Part shown: positions 1-16,293 of the stretch, in pieces
How the letters are laid out: every line of letters starts with the position of its first letter
Numbering within the stretch: the stretch's first letter is position 1
From: the human T2T-CHM13v2.0 reference genome, Homo sapiens
Reading direction: 5' to 3' (one strand)
Length of the DNA stretch: 64,000 nucleotides
Assembly (NCBI RefSeq): GCF_009914755.1
Contig: NC_060928.1
Notes under the pieces: model-generated
What the model saw: the letters and a program-made list of their open reading frames with translations, nothing else
The model's database searches: none
What the model was told of the DNA's origin: nothing
Position numbers and translations under genes: made by a program

Positions 1-231
1 ACTTTAGTATACTATCACAGATCCTTTAAGAGTTAGTGAGAAAGTCTTCTTTCTTATAAGCTATTCTAGATAGTTCTAAGCTCTATCTTCAAAGAGGATT
101 TTTCAAGTAGTATACATTTTTGAACACTCCTTTTTAAACATTTCCTTTGTTCTAAATATCAACCCAAATGATTTACTTTGGATATCTTTTCCTTCCTTAT
201 CTTTCTTTTTTATTATTATTATTATTCTTAG

Positions 232-304
232 GCCAGTCTTCAGAGACCTGAGATTAAACTTGAATCACTGAAAGAAGATATTAAGGAATTCTTTAAAATA
301 TCAG
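232..304 (+). CDS. TBC1D19: TBC1D19 coding exon (probably exon 2), ASLQRPEIKLESLKEDIKEFFKIS(G)
   Basis: Pyrimidine tract + TAG acceptor (229-231), donor GTTTGT at 305; 73 nt, phase 0 to 1; translation matches my recollection of TBC1D19 and splices in frame to the next exon. Confidence 0.93.
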
Positions 305-377
305 GTTTGTAAGTTTTTCCTAATAACTTAAGGCAAAATAAGAAAATGTTTTATTTATTCCTAATTCTTTAAGCCCT

Positions 378-573
378 CAAGCTTGTACAACCACCTTACT
401 TTGTTGTCGTTCTGTTTTGTTTTGTTTTAGGCTTTTAGCAGCCTGAAGCCATGGTTTTTGGTTTCTGTCTCTAGTGATAAGCAGAAAAGAGAGATGAGGA
501 AAGGGCTTTACTGGCCCAGTCAGAAACAGAAACTAAGAACCCATGACTGTATTCTCTCTCTTGGATACTCTTG
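378..573. mobile_element. Non-autonomous hAT DNA transposon, MER107-like
   Basis: ~196 bp, CAAGCTTGTACAA...TTGGATACTCTTG termini; internal sequence resembles MER107 as I remember it. Confidence 0.65.
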
Positions 574-1470
574 TAAGGCAAAATAAATAATATTTTATCC
601 CCAGCCTTCCAATTACTCATTCAAAATTGTGAAAACTATGGCCAAATAGGTTTCTATTTAGGGAGAATTAGAACTATTAGACATTTTAACAAAATGGTGC
701 AAAAATTCAAGAACTCTGTGAGAAAGACTCCTTTGCATTAGTTGGTTTTAAATACTGTTTACCTTACTGGTAATATTCTGATGGATAAATACATCCATAA
801 GGTGTTAAGTATCTCCTTAGTTAAGTAATTTTTCATTTTACTTTTCAGTTGTGACTTTTTTCCTTGTATGCTTTCACAGAAAATAAAAAGAAAATTCTAA
901 CTTTTCATAGAGCAAGAGGAGAGAGAGGTTCCCTAGTCCAACATCTGTATATGGGAACTGAGATGTTAAATGGTTGACCCAGATAGTTAGCAGCTGAGCT
1001 AACTTGTCTGACTATTGGTAACTCACAATAATCTGCCTCTGTCGTCCAGGACTTTGCTGACGTGTGAATTATAACTAGATACTTGTCATCTATCTTCAGG
1101 TGGCTGTTTTTTGCCGTTCCCTTGGCACATTCCTTATAGCTTTAGTAGTACAACATCTGAAGATTTTGACATTCATTGAGCACTTTGATAGTGAAAAAGG
1201 AAATGTTCCTCCCAACTTGGTAAAATGGTGCAATAATGATATTATTTTAAAATATCATGTTGATGACTTTGCTACTCAGTGTTAGACAAGGGATATGGTA
1301 AGTGTATAGGAAATAATCTTTAATAACGCTTTACATAGGGATTGGCAGTTGACAAAATTCTTTCACAAATTAATATGATGCCAAAGTTTTATTGAGATAA
1401 ATTTAATTGTAATGTATGTTTATTTAAAAACTAGTATGTTCATATATTTTATTCTTTTTTTAAAAAACAG

Positions 1471-1516
1471 GTTGGGAGAAGAAACTTCAGAATGCTGTTT
1501 ATAGTGAACTGAGTGT
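1471..1516 (+). CDS. TBC1D19: TBC1D19 coding exon (probably exon 3), (G)WEKKLQNAVYSELS(V)
   Basis: CAG acceptor 1468-1470, GTGAGT donor at 1517; 46 nt, phase 1 to 2; frame continuous with neighbours. Confidence 0.93.
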
Positions 1517-1739
1517 GTGAGTTTTCCCACCTATTTTACAATAGTATTTTGTTTAGCTATATTTACTTTGTGAGTAATAAAACCAGTATTGTTATATATA
1601 CTTGTTGTATTATTATTTATCATTAATATTTATACAGCATTTCAAGTAAGTTGATACAATTAAAAATTACTACCGTCTTGCCTGACAAATAATAAGAAAT
1701 AGGTGTTTTTGTTTTTGTTTTTTACCACCCACTATTGAA

Positions 1740-2040
1740 TTTTTTTATTTTCTTTTTGAGATGGAGTCTCACTCTGTTGCCCAGGCTGGAGTGCAGTGCA
1801 ATGATCTTGGCTTAACTGAAACCTCCGCCTCCCAGGTTCAAGTGATTCTTGTGCCTCAGGCTCCCAAGTTGCTGGGATTACAGGCCCCTGCCACAACACC
1901 TGGCTAATTTTTGTATTTTTAGTAGAGATAGGGTTTCACCATGTTGGCCAGTCTAGTCTCGAACTCCTGACCTCAAGTGATGCACCTGCATTGGCCCCCC
2001 AAAGTGCTGGGATTAGAGGTATGCGATACTGTGCCTGGCC
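1740..2040 (-). mobile_element. AluS (Sx/Sz-like)
   Basis: Full dimeric Alu in reverse with T-rich tail; flanking CCACCCA(C/T)TATT repeats act as TSD. Confidence 0.9.
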
Positions 2041-4091
2041 CCACCCATTATTTTATATTAACAATTCATTTATCTAGTGTAATTAGGGAATAAGATGTTT
2101 CTCTGAAGTTAATATTTCAGATAACTGAAGCTTACTAATATTCTTTTTATTGTTCTCATTTTGGGTATTACACTTTTTTATGTCTTTATAAACTATCCAT
2201 TCTAATCATGATTATCTTTTTTGTTCTTTGGCAAAATTGTTGTCATTATTAAGAATATCCATGTTTCTGTTTATTTAGATTTAACATCAGGGTCTATTAA
2301 GGTGTATAGAACTGTTTGCCATTTAAAAAAAATGTAGACCCAGAATGTTAGCTTTTGTAGTTTCTCCAACATTCTGTTACTTGTCAATTACTTATTGAAT
2401 ACCTACCATGTGGCAACACCGTACTAAGCACTGAGCATATAGTATAGAACAATAAACAATTTCTGCCCTCATGGAGTTCATAGTCTAACAGAGTTCCCAA
2501 GTCTAATTGCACGTCTGCTTTTTTTTTTTTTTCCTTTACTGCTATCACTGTATTTATGTCTGTAGCATTCTCTAGTGTTTAACATTCCCATTTTCAAGTT
2601 GACCTTTCCAGTTTGTTAACTGGGAAATGACATAATGCAGCTTACCAGAATTGTTTCTAAAATAAAGAGACTCAGATGAACCCCTATGCACATGTGCTTT
2701 AGATACAATTTTTAAAGAATTAGCATTTGCTTCTTTGCTTTGCTCAAATCCATCTTCCCAGTTGGATTTGAATTCTTAAATAATGTTAGATATAAGTGCT
2801 ATCTAATAATTGAAGTTGACTGTGACCATACCTTTAGCAGTACTGTGACAGTACCTTTGGCAGTCACCAAAGGAATAGACATTTATCATGACAAGTAAGG
2901 TTTTAAATTTACAATATGTACTAAAGGTGCCTGTTGTGTATAATTCCAAACACTGGATTCTCAATCTGAGGCAATATTACTGATATTCCTGAAAATTGTT
3001 CTGTGTGACCTACTGACCTTTTACTTGATAGGGGAGGGACTATGTTTTATTCATTATCATATTGTTGGCATTCTGTACAATAGAACTTTAAGTATATATT
3101 TTCTGAATAACTCGTTGGGATTTTTTTTTAAGCAGTCCAGTGATATTATTTTTATTCCTCATTTGGGTTCTGAACAAATTAAGAAACAAGATAAAACAAA
3201 AAAGCAGATGGGAGATCAAAATTACACTTTCATTACCGATAAAGACTAGATAGGAGGACATAGCTTAGTATGAGAGCAAAATTAGTCTTTCAGCTGAACT
3301 CCAGAATTAAATGGATTTAACCTTCCAGTCAAATAGCATTGGATCAGGGGCAGTATGTTCAGTTTATTCTTCTCAAATTTAAAAGTTGAATAAGGCATTA
3401 AACCTCTTCTGTGGTGTATTGAGTTAAGCCTTAGAGAGAGTCCAAGAATGTTACAGTAATGGAACTCTTTTCATATGGAAGTGCACATCAAGGGTGGGGA
3501 AGAAACATTTCCCCTAACATAAGTCAAAAGAATAAAGAAGACTTAGCGTATTCTGTTGCATTTTTCATTGGCAGCAACCATTAGATGGATGAATAAGGAA
3601 AGCAAAAAGGAAAGTATGAATATTCATTAGGTAATATTAAACAATGGGAGATAAAAAATACACATCCTTATGCCTAATAGAGGTATAGAACACATGAGCT
3701 ATACAGACTATACAGACTGAAAACAGCACACTTCGTTTTACTTGTTTTAGTAAGCATTACAAAGATTTTAGTCAGTTTCTTATTTAACAAATACACTAGA
3801 AAATTTTCTGTATTTTTTTATTTACATGAAATTTTAAACTAGTGTAGGTTAGCACTCTCCATTTCAGATTGCATACTTTAATTATCTTTTCCATTCATTT
3901 AAAACAATTAGTTATATATTATTGTGTTAATAGCTATTTAGTATTAATGATAATTTACAGTGATTGAATGCTTATTTTATGCCAACACTTTATATGCATT
4001 GGCTTATTCCATATAATCTTCATTACAACCCTATGAAGTAAAATTTATTATGATCACCATTTTACAGAAGAGAAAACTGAGGCTTAAACCA

Positions 4092-4423
4092 TGTTTTAGT
4101 TTGTCTGGTGATGCTATAACAGAATACCTGAGATTGGGTAATTTATAATGGACAGAAATTTATTGGCTCACAGTTCTGGAGGCTGGGAAGTCCAATATCA
4201 AGGTGCCAGCATCTGGTGAGAGCCTTCTTGCTGCATTATCCCATGGCAGAAGGTGAGAGGGCAAGAGGGGGTTTAACCCACCCTTTTATAATGGCACCAA
4301 TCCCACCCACGTAGGTGAAGCTCTTATGGCCTAATCACTTCTGAAAGATCCCACCTCTTAATACTGTTACAATTGCAAATTTTAACATGAGTTTTGGAAA
4401 GGACAAACATTCAAACCATGGCA
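4092..4423. mobile_element. MaLR solo LTR (MST/MLT1A-type) interrupting a MIR
   Basis: TG...CA ends, typical GCTCACAGTTCTGGAGGCTGGGAAGTCCAA motif; MIR-like sequence (GAAAACTGAGGCT / AAGTAACTTG) on both sides. Confidence 0.7.
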
Positions 4424-6266
4424 GAAACTTAAGTAACTTGTTGAAGATCATATAGCTAGCAAATGGCAGTGCTAGGCCTTAACCTCCAGCTATATAATTC
4501 CAAAGCCCATACATTTTACTATGTCTCACATAGGTATATGTCTTATCTCTTGACTGGATTAAAAATGTTCTGGAACAAAAATTGTGTCTTACATTTCTTT
4601 CATATTTCCTATAGCATCAAATAAATGACATTGAGTCAGCAAATAGTTATTGAGCCACCTACCAATGCTAACACATGACAAATATTTGTTGAGTTGAGGA
4701 GACAGTGCAATTATTAGTCTTAGCCTTACTGTATTTAAGACAATCTTTACATGCAAAATGAAAATAGATCAATTTATTTCTGTGTGTTAGTCTTCATTGT
4801 ACTTTGTACAGAGCAGTTTATAAGAAATTAGATGACCTATTCTTTTTCCCTCAAGGAACATAAAGAAGTAAATAAACCTTAACAATCTTATTCTATATGT
4901 GCATGTTATAAAAACATATAGCATAGTTTGCTGTTATAGTAGATATATGCAAATGTCTACCATACCTTAGAGAGTTACAAGTGTCAAACAGTAGTGGGTC
5001 TAAAATGGAAGGATGTTAGATAATGGATACCTTACACTAGACCACAGATTTGGGTAAGTCTTCGTACACATTCATGGCTTTCGCTGGGAGAGTGCTCAAG
5101 CAGTAGACCTGGGTACCTCTGAAACGTCCTAAACATACAGTTCTTCTTTGCCCTCTTAGTTTGAAATGCTACTGTATGTTTGCTATTGTGCACAGAGCCA
5201 GGTGCTGTTGTTAATGAACAGGCTAGACAGTCTTTGCCTCCTGGAACTTACATCCCAGTTGGGCATACAGACTTTAAAGAGGCAATTACAGTACAGTAAA
5301 ATAAGTGCAATGATTAGGGAAATACAAGGAACACGTAAGGCCGGCATTTAACTTAGATTTGGGGATGTCATGGTGGCTTACCAAAGGAAGCAATATCCAG
5401 GCTGAGATCAGAAAGCTAAGCTAGAGTTTCTCAGGGGAAAGAGTAGAGAAGAAAAGCACTTCAGGCAGAAGGGAATAGCAGGCTCAGAGATTTAGAAATG
5501 GAAAAGAGTGTGGTGCAAACATGGTACAAAAGTTTGTATGGCTGAATGGTAGCAGGTGAAGGGATCATGGCTAAGGACGATTCTAGATTTATAAACAGGA
5601 TTGTGCCTCTTAAGACTTTGTAGACTGGATCCTAAAAGCATTTGGGTGCCATTTAAAAATTGTAAGTAAAATAGTAACATGATCAAATTTGCATTTTATT
5701 CATTCAGCAATATATTGGTTATCTACTGTGTACCAGGCATTTTGCTCAATGCTGGAGTTACAATTACTGGTGAATAAGGAAGACATCACTTCTGGCCAAC
5801 ATCCAGGCAAATTGGTGAATAGGTTGAAAACAGTCTGGAAGCGCTTAGGAACCTGCTGGATAAATGTAGGCAAGGAATAATGGTTGCCTAAAATAGTTTA
5901 CTGTCAGTGGGTAGAACATCTTAGGTTATTTAGGGAGACTTGGGGGACAAGAAAAAATAGAGTCAAGTGTGCTGTATAAGTTTCTGTGCATTTTTCCTAT
6001 CTGGCAACTCTTATCTCTGCATATTACTAAATGTAAGCTCCATGAGGGCAGGTATTTTAGCTAGTTTTGTTCACTTCTGTATCTCTTTTATATTGAGTAG
6101 GTTGTCATTAAATATTTCTGAAAAAATAAATATCTAACTTGATTTTGGTCTTAATATGAATGACTTTCAAGTTGTCTCCTCTTGTTACCTGTATTTTGGA
6201 TATGTTTCTTTGATCATTAAATAACTATTAAGATCATCAGTAAAGTCTCTCAAATTTTAATCCTAA

Positions 6267-6568
<302 letters not shown>

Positions 6569-7676
6569 TTAATCCTAAATTTCTAAGCTTTATTAAATTT
6601 TACATAATTACCATTAAAAGTGGAAGCAAATGGTATATTGGACAATGTGAGATAGTTTTTAAACTGTCTTACATATAAGACAAGAAATATCAAGGTATCT
6701 AGAGACTTAAATTTTTTTTCATTTGTGAATGCGAAAGATACATGAAATGTAGATTTTAGTAGAAAAATAATTTGCCAGAAATAATCAATTTGTGAAGCTG
6801 TCTTATAGATTAGGTTGGATAGGTTGCCTTTCTCTATTCCAGCAATGTTTCTATGGACAGTTTAGCCTTTTACATGTAGGCTCCAGGACAGATGCAAGTG
6901 GTTTTGAAAATTATTAACCTTTTACATGTTTTTGTCCCACTTTGGACCAGGAATTTATTGAGAATTCAGTCTATGGTTCCTGATTATTGGAACATGACTG
7001 TTTTGCTGTAGGTACAAGTCTGATGACTAATTTCAAGAGGAGTTATATATTGTTGTGAAATGGATTGGAATCTCCAAATAAACATTGAACCATCATGTCT
7101 TCCTACTGCCTTTTCTATCTGTGATTTCATACCACTCTGCACTTCAGTCATTATGTTCCAGTGGCCCTGACTTTTTCTGATCCTTAAACATTTCAAGCAT
7201 TACCTCCTCAGAATTCTTGTGCTTGCCATCCCTTTGCCTGGAATATTCTTCCCCCAGATCTTTGCATGGTTGGCTCCTTCACACTCATGTCTTGGTTTAA
7301 ATATAAAATCCCCAAGAGGACTTCACTGACCTCCAAATTTATTGTGTCTTATTACCCTGCTTTCATTTTCTCACGGCACTTACTGCAATCTGATATTATT
7401 TTATTTGTATGTGTTTGTGATTATTGGCTTTCTTCACGAGAATGTTACGTCCATGAGAACAGAGAATGTTATCTCAATCACCACCTTATACTTAGTACCT
7501 AGAATGGCCCAAGTATTTGTTGACTACATCAATCTATTTTCTTAATAAAAACAGTACATTTTGAATATAAAATGAAATGTTACTGGGAAAACAGTTTATA
7601 ACATGGACTACAGAGGTAAGTAATATCTAACCAAGAGAATAATGTGTGATATTTAGCTGCCTCTTTTTGCTCCTAG

Positions 7677-7752
7677 GTTTCCTTTACCTAGTCATCCTGC
7701 TGCACCTCCTGAACATCTTAAAGAACCTTTGGTATACATGAGGAAAGCACAG
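7677..7752 (+). CDS. TBC1D19: TBC1D19 coding exon (probably exon 4), (V)FPLPSHPAAPPEHLKEPLVYMRKAQ
   Basis: TTTTTGCTCCTAG acceptor, CAG|GTTGGC donor; 76 nt, phase 2 to 0. Confidence 0.93.
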
Positions 7753-8893
7753 GTTGGCTATTGTTCAATTTCATTTTATTTTTTCATGCCAAGTTATGTA
7801 ATACAGAGCAAAAGATCATTACTGATGTCAGGAGTATGTATTATTAATTATGAAATACTGGGTAAGAACCACTAAATTTATGTTAATAGTATTTGTATAT
7901 TCTCCCATTTTATATTCAGTAACCAAGGATCATACCTATTTAACTATGGCAACCCTGGAAAAAATGGGGTAGAAGGGGAAAAATCATCTACTATACTGGC
8001 CTGCAATTTAAAATATGGTACAAGTGTAATGTGGCAATCTATTCTTCATGGGCTGTGATATTAAAGGAATGAAATGTGAATGAACTGACACCCTCTTTCC
8101 TTAAAATTTTGGCCTTTGAAGCCAGTGTTATTGAAAGTGTATTTAAAATATATTTGTTCTCGCAGTAGGCTGTCACCTATTAATTGTATGCTATTGTAGA
8201 ACTCTGATAAACCTGCTATCAAAATGGGTTGGCAAAAAACTAAGAATAAAATGACAAAATAAAATAATTTAAGTATAAAAACTATGAATAGTTGTTAAAA
8301 TGGAAGCTCAAGAAGTTCTAGCACATGCCCCTAGCTCTTTTAACTGTCCTTCATCTCAGCACAGCCTCACTCACCTCCCCTCAGTCCAGTCCTGTCCGTA
8401 AGCCTTCCTCACAGTGCTGGTTGAGTAGGACTCTGTGACTGCCACTGCTGAGGCACGTAATGAGCACCACAGTCAGTCGACCTTCATTCTTCAGCATAGC
8501 CTCAGAGATGGATTTTTAAAACCTTTTTTGGTATGGAATATTTCAAAGGTACCTCAAAGAACTCCCATGAACCCATCACTCAGCTTCCACAGTTATCATC
8601 ATGGTTCTTCTGCTCTTGAAAATTTTCTGCAGAGTCATCACATTCCACAACAGTGGAAATTAGGCACTTTTTTCGACTTTTATTTTTATTTAAAAAAATC
8701 ATCAAAAAATTAGATGGTGAAAAGAAGCAATATAAATAAAAACCTTGGAGATATTTGAGGAAGTATATATTTCTATCTCTAGGTGGTATCTTTTAGGGCT
8801 GGAAATCAGTTAATGTTTATTTATCAATTTGTCATAAAGCATAATAAATAATACATATATGAAAGAATTGTGGGTTTTTTTTTGTTATAAAGA

Positions 8894-9320
8894 TTTGGAA
8901 CCAACCCAATTGTCCAACAACGATAGACTGGATTAAGAAATTGTGGCACATATACACCATGGAATACTATGCAGCCATAAAAAATGATGAGTTCATGTCC
9001 TTTGTAGGGACATGGATGAAACTGGAAACCATCATTCTCAGCAAACTATCGCAAGGACAAAAAAACCAAACACCGCATGTTCTCACTGATAGGTGGGAAT
9101 TGAACAATGAGAACAGATGGACACAGGAAGGGGAACGTCACACACCAGGGACTGTTGTGGGGTGGGGGGAGAGGGGAGGGATAGCATTAGGAGATATACC
9201 TGATGCTAAATGACGAGTTAATGGGTGCAGCTCACCAACATGGCACATGTATACATATGTAACAAACCTGCACGTTGTACACATGTACCCTAAAACTTAA
9301 AGTATAATAATAATAATAAT
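8894..9320 (+). mobile_element. 5'-truncated L1PA (PA3/PA4-like), 3' end only
   Basis: End of ORF2 plus 3'UTR, (TAA)n tail; ATAAAGATTT repeated at ~8887 and ~9319. Confidence 0.88.
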
Positions 9321-9604
9321 AAAGATTTAAACTCAGTAAAATAAAACTAAGAAGGTTGGGCCTGAATATTTTTTAGTGAAATTGAAAATTTCTAAACAGT
9401 ATAGAGAAAGTATCAGTTTTAACATACTAGGTGTAAGAAACAAAACATAAATTTTTTTTTTTAAATCATGACTGAAAAGAAGAGATAGAGAGGTAAATAA
9501 TAAGTCGACTCTTAGAGCTTACTGCTAGCTGCTGAGAATATATGTGAGTGATAGGTACACGTATGATACTCCTCTCTTTTCTTTCTGGACTTTCCCATGT
9601 ATAT

Positions 9605-9932
9605 CACGGATCTGCAAACTACAGCCCCTGGGCCAAATCCAACCTGCCACCTATTTTTATAGGGCTGGCAAACTAGGAATTTTATTTTTACTTTTTTTAC
9701 ATTTTTAAGTGGTTGAAAAATCAAAATAAGGATAATCTTGTGACACATGAAAACTATATGAATCACTAAGATATGTTTTATTGGAAAATAGTCACGTTCA
9801 TTCATTTGCATATTGGTTGTTGCTGCTTTTGCACAACAGTGACAGCCTAAAGTGGTTGCAATAGAGACCCATGGACTGCAAAGCCTAAAATATTTACTAT
9901 CTTCCCTTTCATACAAGGTTTGCCTATCCCCG
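9605..9932. mobile_element. hAT-Charlie MITE, MER58-like
   Basis: CA.GG.TC.GCAAACT terminus with inverted GTTTGCC end; GGCCAAATCC and GCAAAGCCTAAAATATTTACTAT motifs. Confidence 0.65.
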
Positions 9933-11436
9933 CACTAAATTATTCATTCTTCAATAGCAGGGATTGTGCTTTTTATCGTCAGCATCTAGCATAGTACCCA
10001 GCCCACAGAACACTCTTGATAAGGTTTGCTGAGCTAATTGATTCTTTAACCATGGCCATACTGATTACCTCCCCTATCAGTAAGTATCTATCTGTCTTTC
10101 TATATTTGTTCTTTTTGAGACACTTAGTTGTTTAGCTCCCTATTTTGGGGGGCAATTCTCTCTTCTTTCCATGAAAGCTACCTAGTTTGGATCACATGAC
10201 TTGTATTGCATCATGTTCTTCCTTACGTTTCATAATCTCTTCCCCAACAGACTTCTGTTCTGTCTGCCATTCTACTCCTTAGTCTAAGGCTACTTTTACT
10301 GTTTACTTTCTCTCTTCTCCCAAACTTTTGACTACTTCAAGAGAAAATCATGTAATTTCTGTGTTAACCATTATCTAGTCTCAATTCATTTGTTTAACTT
10401 CCAGTGGATTCTTTTTGCTGTCTGCCAATATTATATTTGTTATTCATTGTCTGTCTTCCATTTAGGTTGTTCTAAAACTTTTTCATGCTTGTGTGGCCCC
10501 TAATTCAACCTCTGTCTCACTCATTTTAAGCATTTCTCACTTATATTTTATAAAGAATATTCAGGTTATCTCATTCAAGCTTCCACAGCTTCCTTCTTTT
10601 TTGTTGCCACATCTCTTTTTGCTCCAATCCTCTAAGATCAACTGTGTGCTGCACATCTTTTTTCTGTGAGATCAAACTTAACATGTCTAAAACTGTTTGT
10701 GTTCTTTTTAAAATGACCATCTCTTCCTGAACTTCCTGTTTTTGTTACTAGTGATCAAGTGCTATATATTATTTCTTCCCATAGTCTTATAATTTCCTCT
10801 TTCTTTTCATTACCAAGGCTGTTACCATAGTAGTCACAATAATGATGATGATGGTGATAATGCTGATAATGTTGCCTTTTATTGTTTACTTTATTTTAGA
10901 CATTGTGCTTTAATTCACATCCTTATCTTATTTTTATACCTCCCAACTTTCAGTCTATCTCTCCCAATCTCCTTATGTACTCTCAATACTATTAACTTTA
11001 ATTATAAGCAGACGAACCCTTATAGCTCACTGCCTTTTAACAAACTTTCAATGATTATTCCCAGTTGCCTAAAAAATGAAGTTCCGATTCCAGAGCCCAG
11101 CATTTAAGAATTTTTACTGTCTGTCCTCAGCCTTCCCCTTCCACTTTGTCAGTCTCTGCTGTCTTATAACTGTCCTATGTGCCTGTCCAAGTGAATCATT
11201 TTGCCTTTCCCTCTTGCATCATTAACACTTGTTTTCCTGTCCTGGAAAGCCCTTTCTGCCTGTTTTGTGTTACAAAAGTCCTATCTATTTTGTGAGGGTC
11301 AGCTCAGATGGCATCTCTTCTCTGATGTTATTATTGATTACCCCTGTTGAAAGGGATCTCTCTCTTGAACTCTGTTGAATAGCTCCCTGTTGTTTTATGG
11401 CCCTTAGCACAAATTGCAATTTATTATAGTAATTGC

Positions 11437-11573
11437 TTTTTTTTTATTTTTATTTTTTGAGACTGAGTCTTGCTTTATCACCCAGGCTGGAGTGCAGTGG
11501 TATGATCTCAGCTCACTGCAACCTCAGCCTCCCAAAGTGCTGGGATTACAGGCGTGAGCCACTATGCCCGGCC
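11437..11573 (-). mobile_element. Internally deleted Alu (left-arm start fused to right-arm end)
   Basis: 137 bp with both Alu termini; 13 bp TSD TATTATAGTAATT at 11422 and 11574. Confidence 0.85.
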
Positions 11574-12419
11574 TATTATAGTAATTTCTGTATACATCTT
11601 TCTGACATTTATTATATGCCTCTTGAAAGAAGTAACAGTTTAAAAACATTTTTACATAACTGCTGCATCTAGTACACTGGCCTTTATGTAGCAGGAGCTT
11701 AGTAACTTTATGTTGGATTGATAGTAAAGGAGTTAGCCATCTATTTTCCCAATTATTACACTATTTATTTTAAGGATATTTACTGAATACCTACTCAGTA
11801 GAAGATTCTATGCTGCAGAAATTCAGAAATAAATTAGATACAGATTCTGCCTTCAAGTAATTGCAAGGTTTAGTAATTGAAATAAGACTTGGACACTAGA
11901 TGTAATACAAAGTAAAAAGTGCTGTGTGACTAGCGGGAAGTGACTAGGAAGTTTCGTCCACGCACTGGGAAGGAGTAGTATACAAGTGGTTTCCCACCAG
12001 GTTATTCTTTGCCCTTTTTAATGAAAAAGAAGCTTTAAAAATCCAGTTAGTGTTTCTTTTCACTTTGTATTCAGTAAAACACGGGTAGAAAATATTTTGA
12101 ATTGTACCCTGGAAAAATTCAATTCATTTTTTTTTTTCAGTTAAAGTTTTATGAATTACTTTAACTTCACTTAGCTCTTGATCATGTCTTCAGAGTTGGG
12201 TTATAAATCAGCTTCCTGCAGTTTCTGGCAAGCTACACTGGTACTTAATTTTCTGGGCTCATGAGGTTATGAAGCTTCTTATTCTGTATCAGCATTTCCC
12301 AGAATGTTTTCTGCTAAATACTAACCTTGAGAGATGCTCCACAAAAAATGGTTCCTTGGACAAGGAAGTTTGCAAATTGAGGAACACTGCTTTCCTCTTG
12401 ATGACTCACAATTTATTTT

Positions 12420-13240
12420 ACTATTTTTACTGGACTTCGTATTTTAGAAGAGTTTTGCGAAGTTAGCACAGAGAGTTCTCATAGATCTCATACGCAGTTT
12501 CCCTTATTATTAGCATCTTAACATTAGTATGGTACATTTGTTATAATTAATGAGCCATATTGGTTGATACATTATTATGAACTTAAGTCCGTAGTTTATT
12601 CACACTTCCTTAGTTGTAACCTAATGTCCTTGTTCTGACCCAGGATCTCATCCAGGACACTACATTACATTTGGTTGTCATGTCTCTTTAGACTCTCTTG
12701 GCTATGACAGTTTCTCAGACTTTCCTTGTTTTTGATGACTTTCGCAGTTTTGAGAAGTACTGTTCAGATATTTTGTAGAATATCCCTCTCTTGGAATTTA
12801 TCTGATGTTTTCTCATGATTAGGCTGGGATTGTGGGTTTTTTGGAGGAAGATCACAGATGTAAAGTGCCATTTACATTTATCACATCATATCAGGGTACA
12901 TACTATTAGCATGATTTATCGCTGTAGGTGTTAACCCTGATCATCTGACTGAGGTAGTATTTGTGAGCCTTCTCCACTGTAATGTTACTCTTTTTCCCTC
13001 TTTCCATACTGTACTCTTTGGAAGGAAGTCACTACATATAGACCATACTTAAGGAGTTGAGAATTATGTTCCACCTCTTTGAGGGAGGGGTATCTACATA
13101 AATTATTTGGAATTCCTCTGCATGAAAGAGTTTCTCTCCTTCCCCATTTATTTATGTATTCAATTATTTATTTACATCAGTATGGACTCATGGATATTCA
13201 TTTTCTACTTTGAGTTTTAATATTTTTTAATTTTGTTGTG
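12420..13240 (-). mobile_element. Old L1MC-type 3' fragment (approximate bounds)
   Basis: Motifs typical of L1MC 3'UTR (GGTACATTTGTTA, CAGTTTCTCAGACTTTCCTTGTTTTTGATGAC). Confidence 0.55.
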
Positions 13241-13885
13241 CACAAATTATTGTGGCATGTTAAAGGTTTGGAGAAGTTCTGCAGGAAAGAAACCTGTTTA
13301 ATTTTATTTAATCCAGTGTTGTTCAAGCTTACTGATCATGAAACCCTATTTCCATGTAAAATACCTTGGGAAATACTTTGCTACGCCCTTCAGTGAAAGC
13401 TGTATTTGAAGACATACAGTGTGATAAATATAAGTGCATGAGTTTTCTTGTGAAACAATACTAATAAGCATATAGATCCCTAATTGTATCCTAGGTAATA
13501 TTCTAGTGCTATACATGTACTCACTCATTTAATGTTCATGATAACCCTATGAGGTGGGTTACTAATGTGGTCTTAGTTCTCACTTTACAAAATGAGAAAG
13601 TGGTAGAGCTGAGATTTGAACCTGGTCAGCCTGGCTCCAGAATTTACATTACCTGATGTTCAGTCTGTTTATCTAGCTCAGAAATGCTCAGGCAAACTCA
13701 AGATGTACTATGTGGTTGAATTTATTCTGTTCTCTGTCAATCCAGTAACCTTGGCAAAAATGATAATTTTGTTAATTTTGCATTACTTCAGTTCTCACCC
13801 TCTTCCTAATGGTCTTTTTGCCTTCTATACTGTCACTCCTTTTCCTAAAATTTCCAATACCTTGAGGATAGAGCTCAAATTCTTT

Positions 13886-16152
<2,267 letters not shown>

Positions 16153-16217
16153 TAATCATACTTGACCTCTTCCACTTGTTGCAATAGGAGAACTTTTGCT
16201 TATGCCACTGCGTCTAT

Positions 16218-16293
16218 TTGAAACTGCCTCCTCTCATCCCATATGTTTCTGGGTATACTTGAAACTGCCTCCTCTCATCCCATATATTTCTGG
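16218..16293. repeat. Tandem duplication, 41 bp period
   Basis: TTGAAACTGCCTCCTCTCATCCCATAT(G/A)TTTCTGG occurs twice. Confidence 0.85.

Noticed and set aside
329-586. TAAGGCAAAATAA repeated either side of the MER107-like element as its TSD
   Set aside because: The left copy is ~36 bp from the element and longer than the 8 bp hAT TSD; may be an old local duplication but cannot be resolved
1100-1285. 61 aa ORF as a standalone gene
   Set aside because: Starts at a GTG that coincides with a splice-acceptor-like site; no recognisable protein; kept only as a possible cryptic exon
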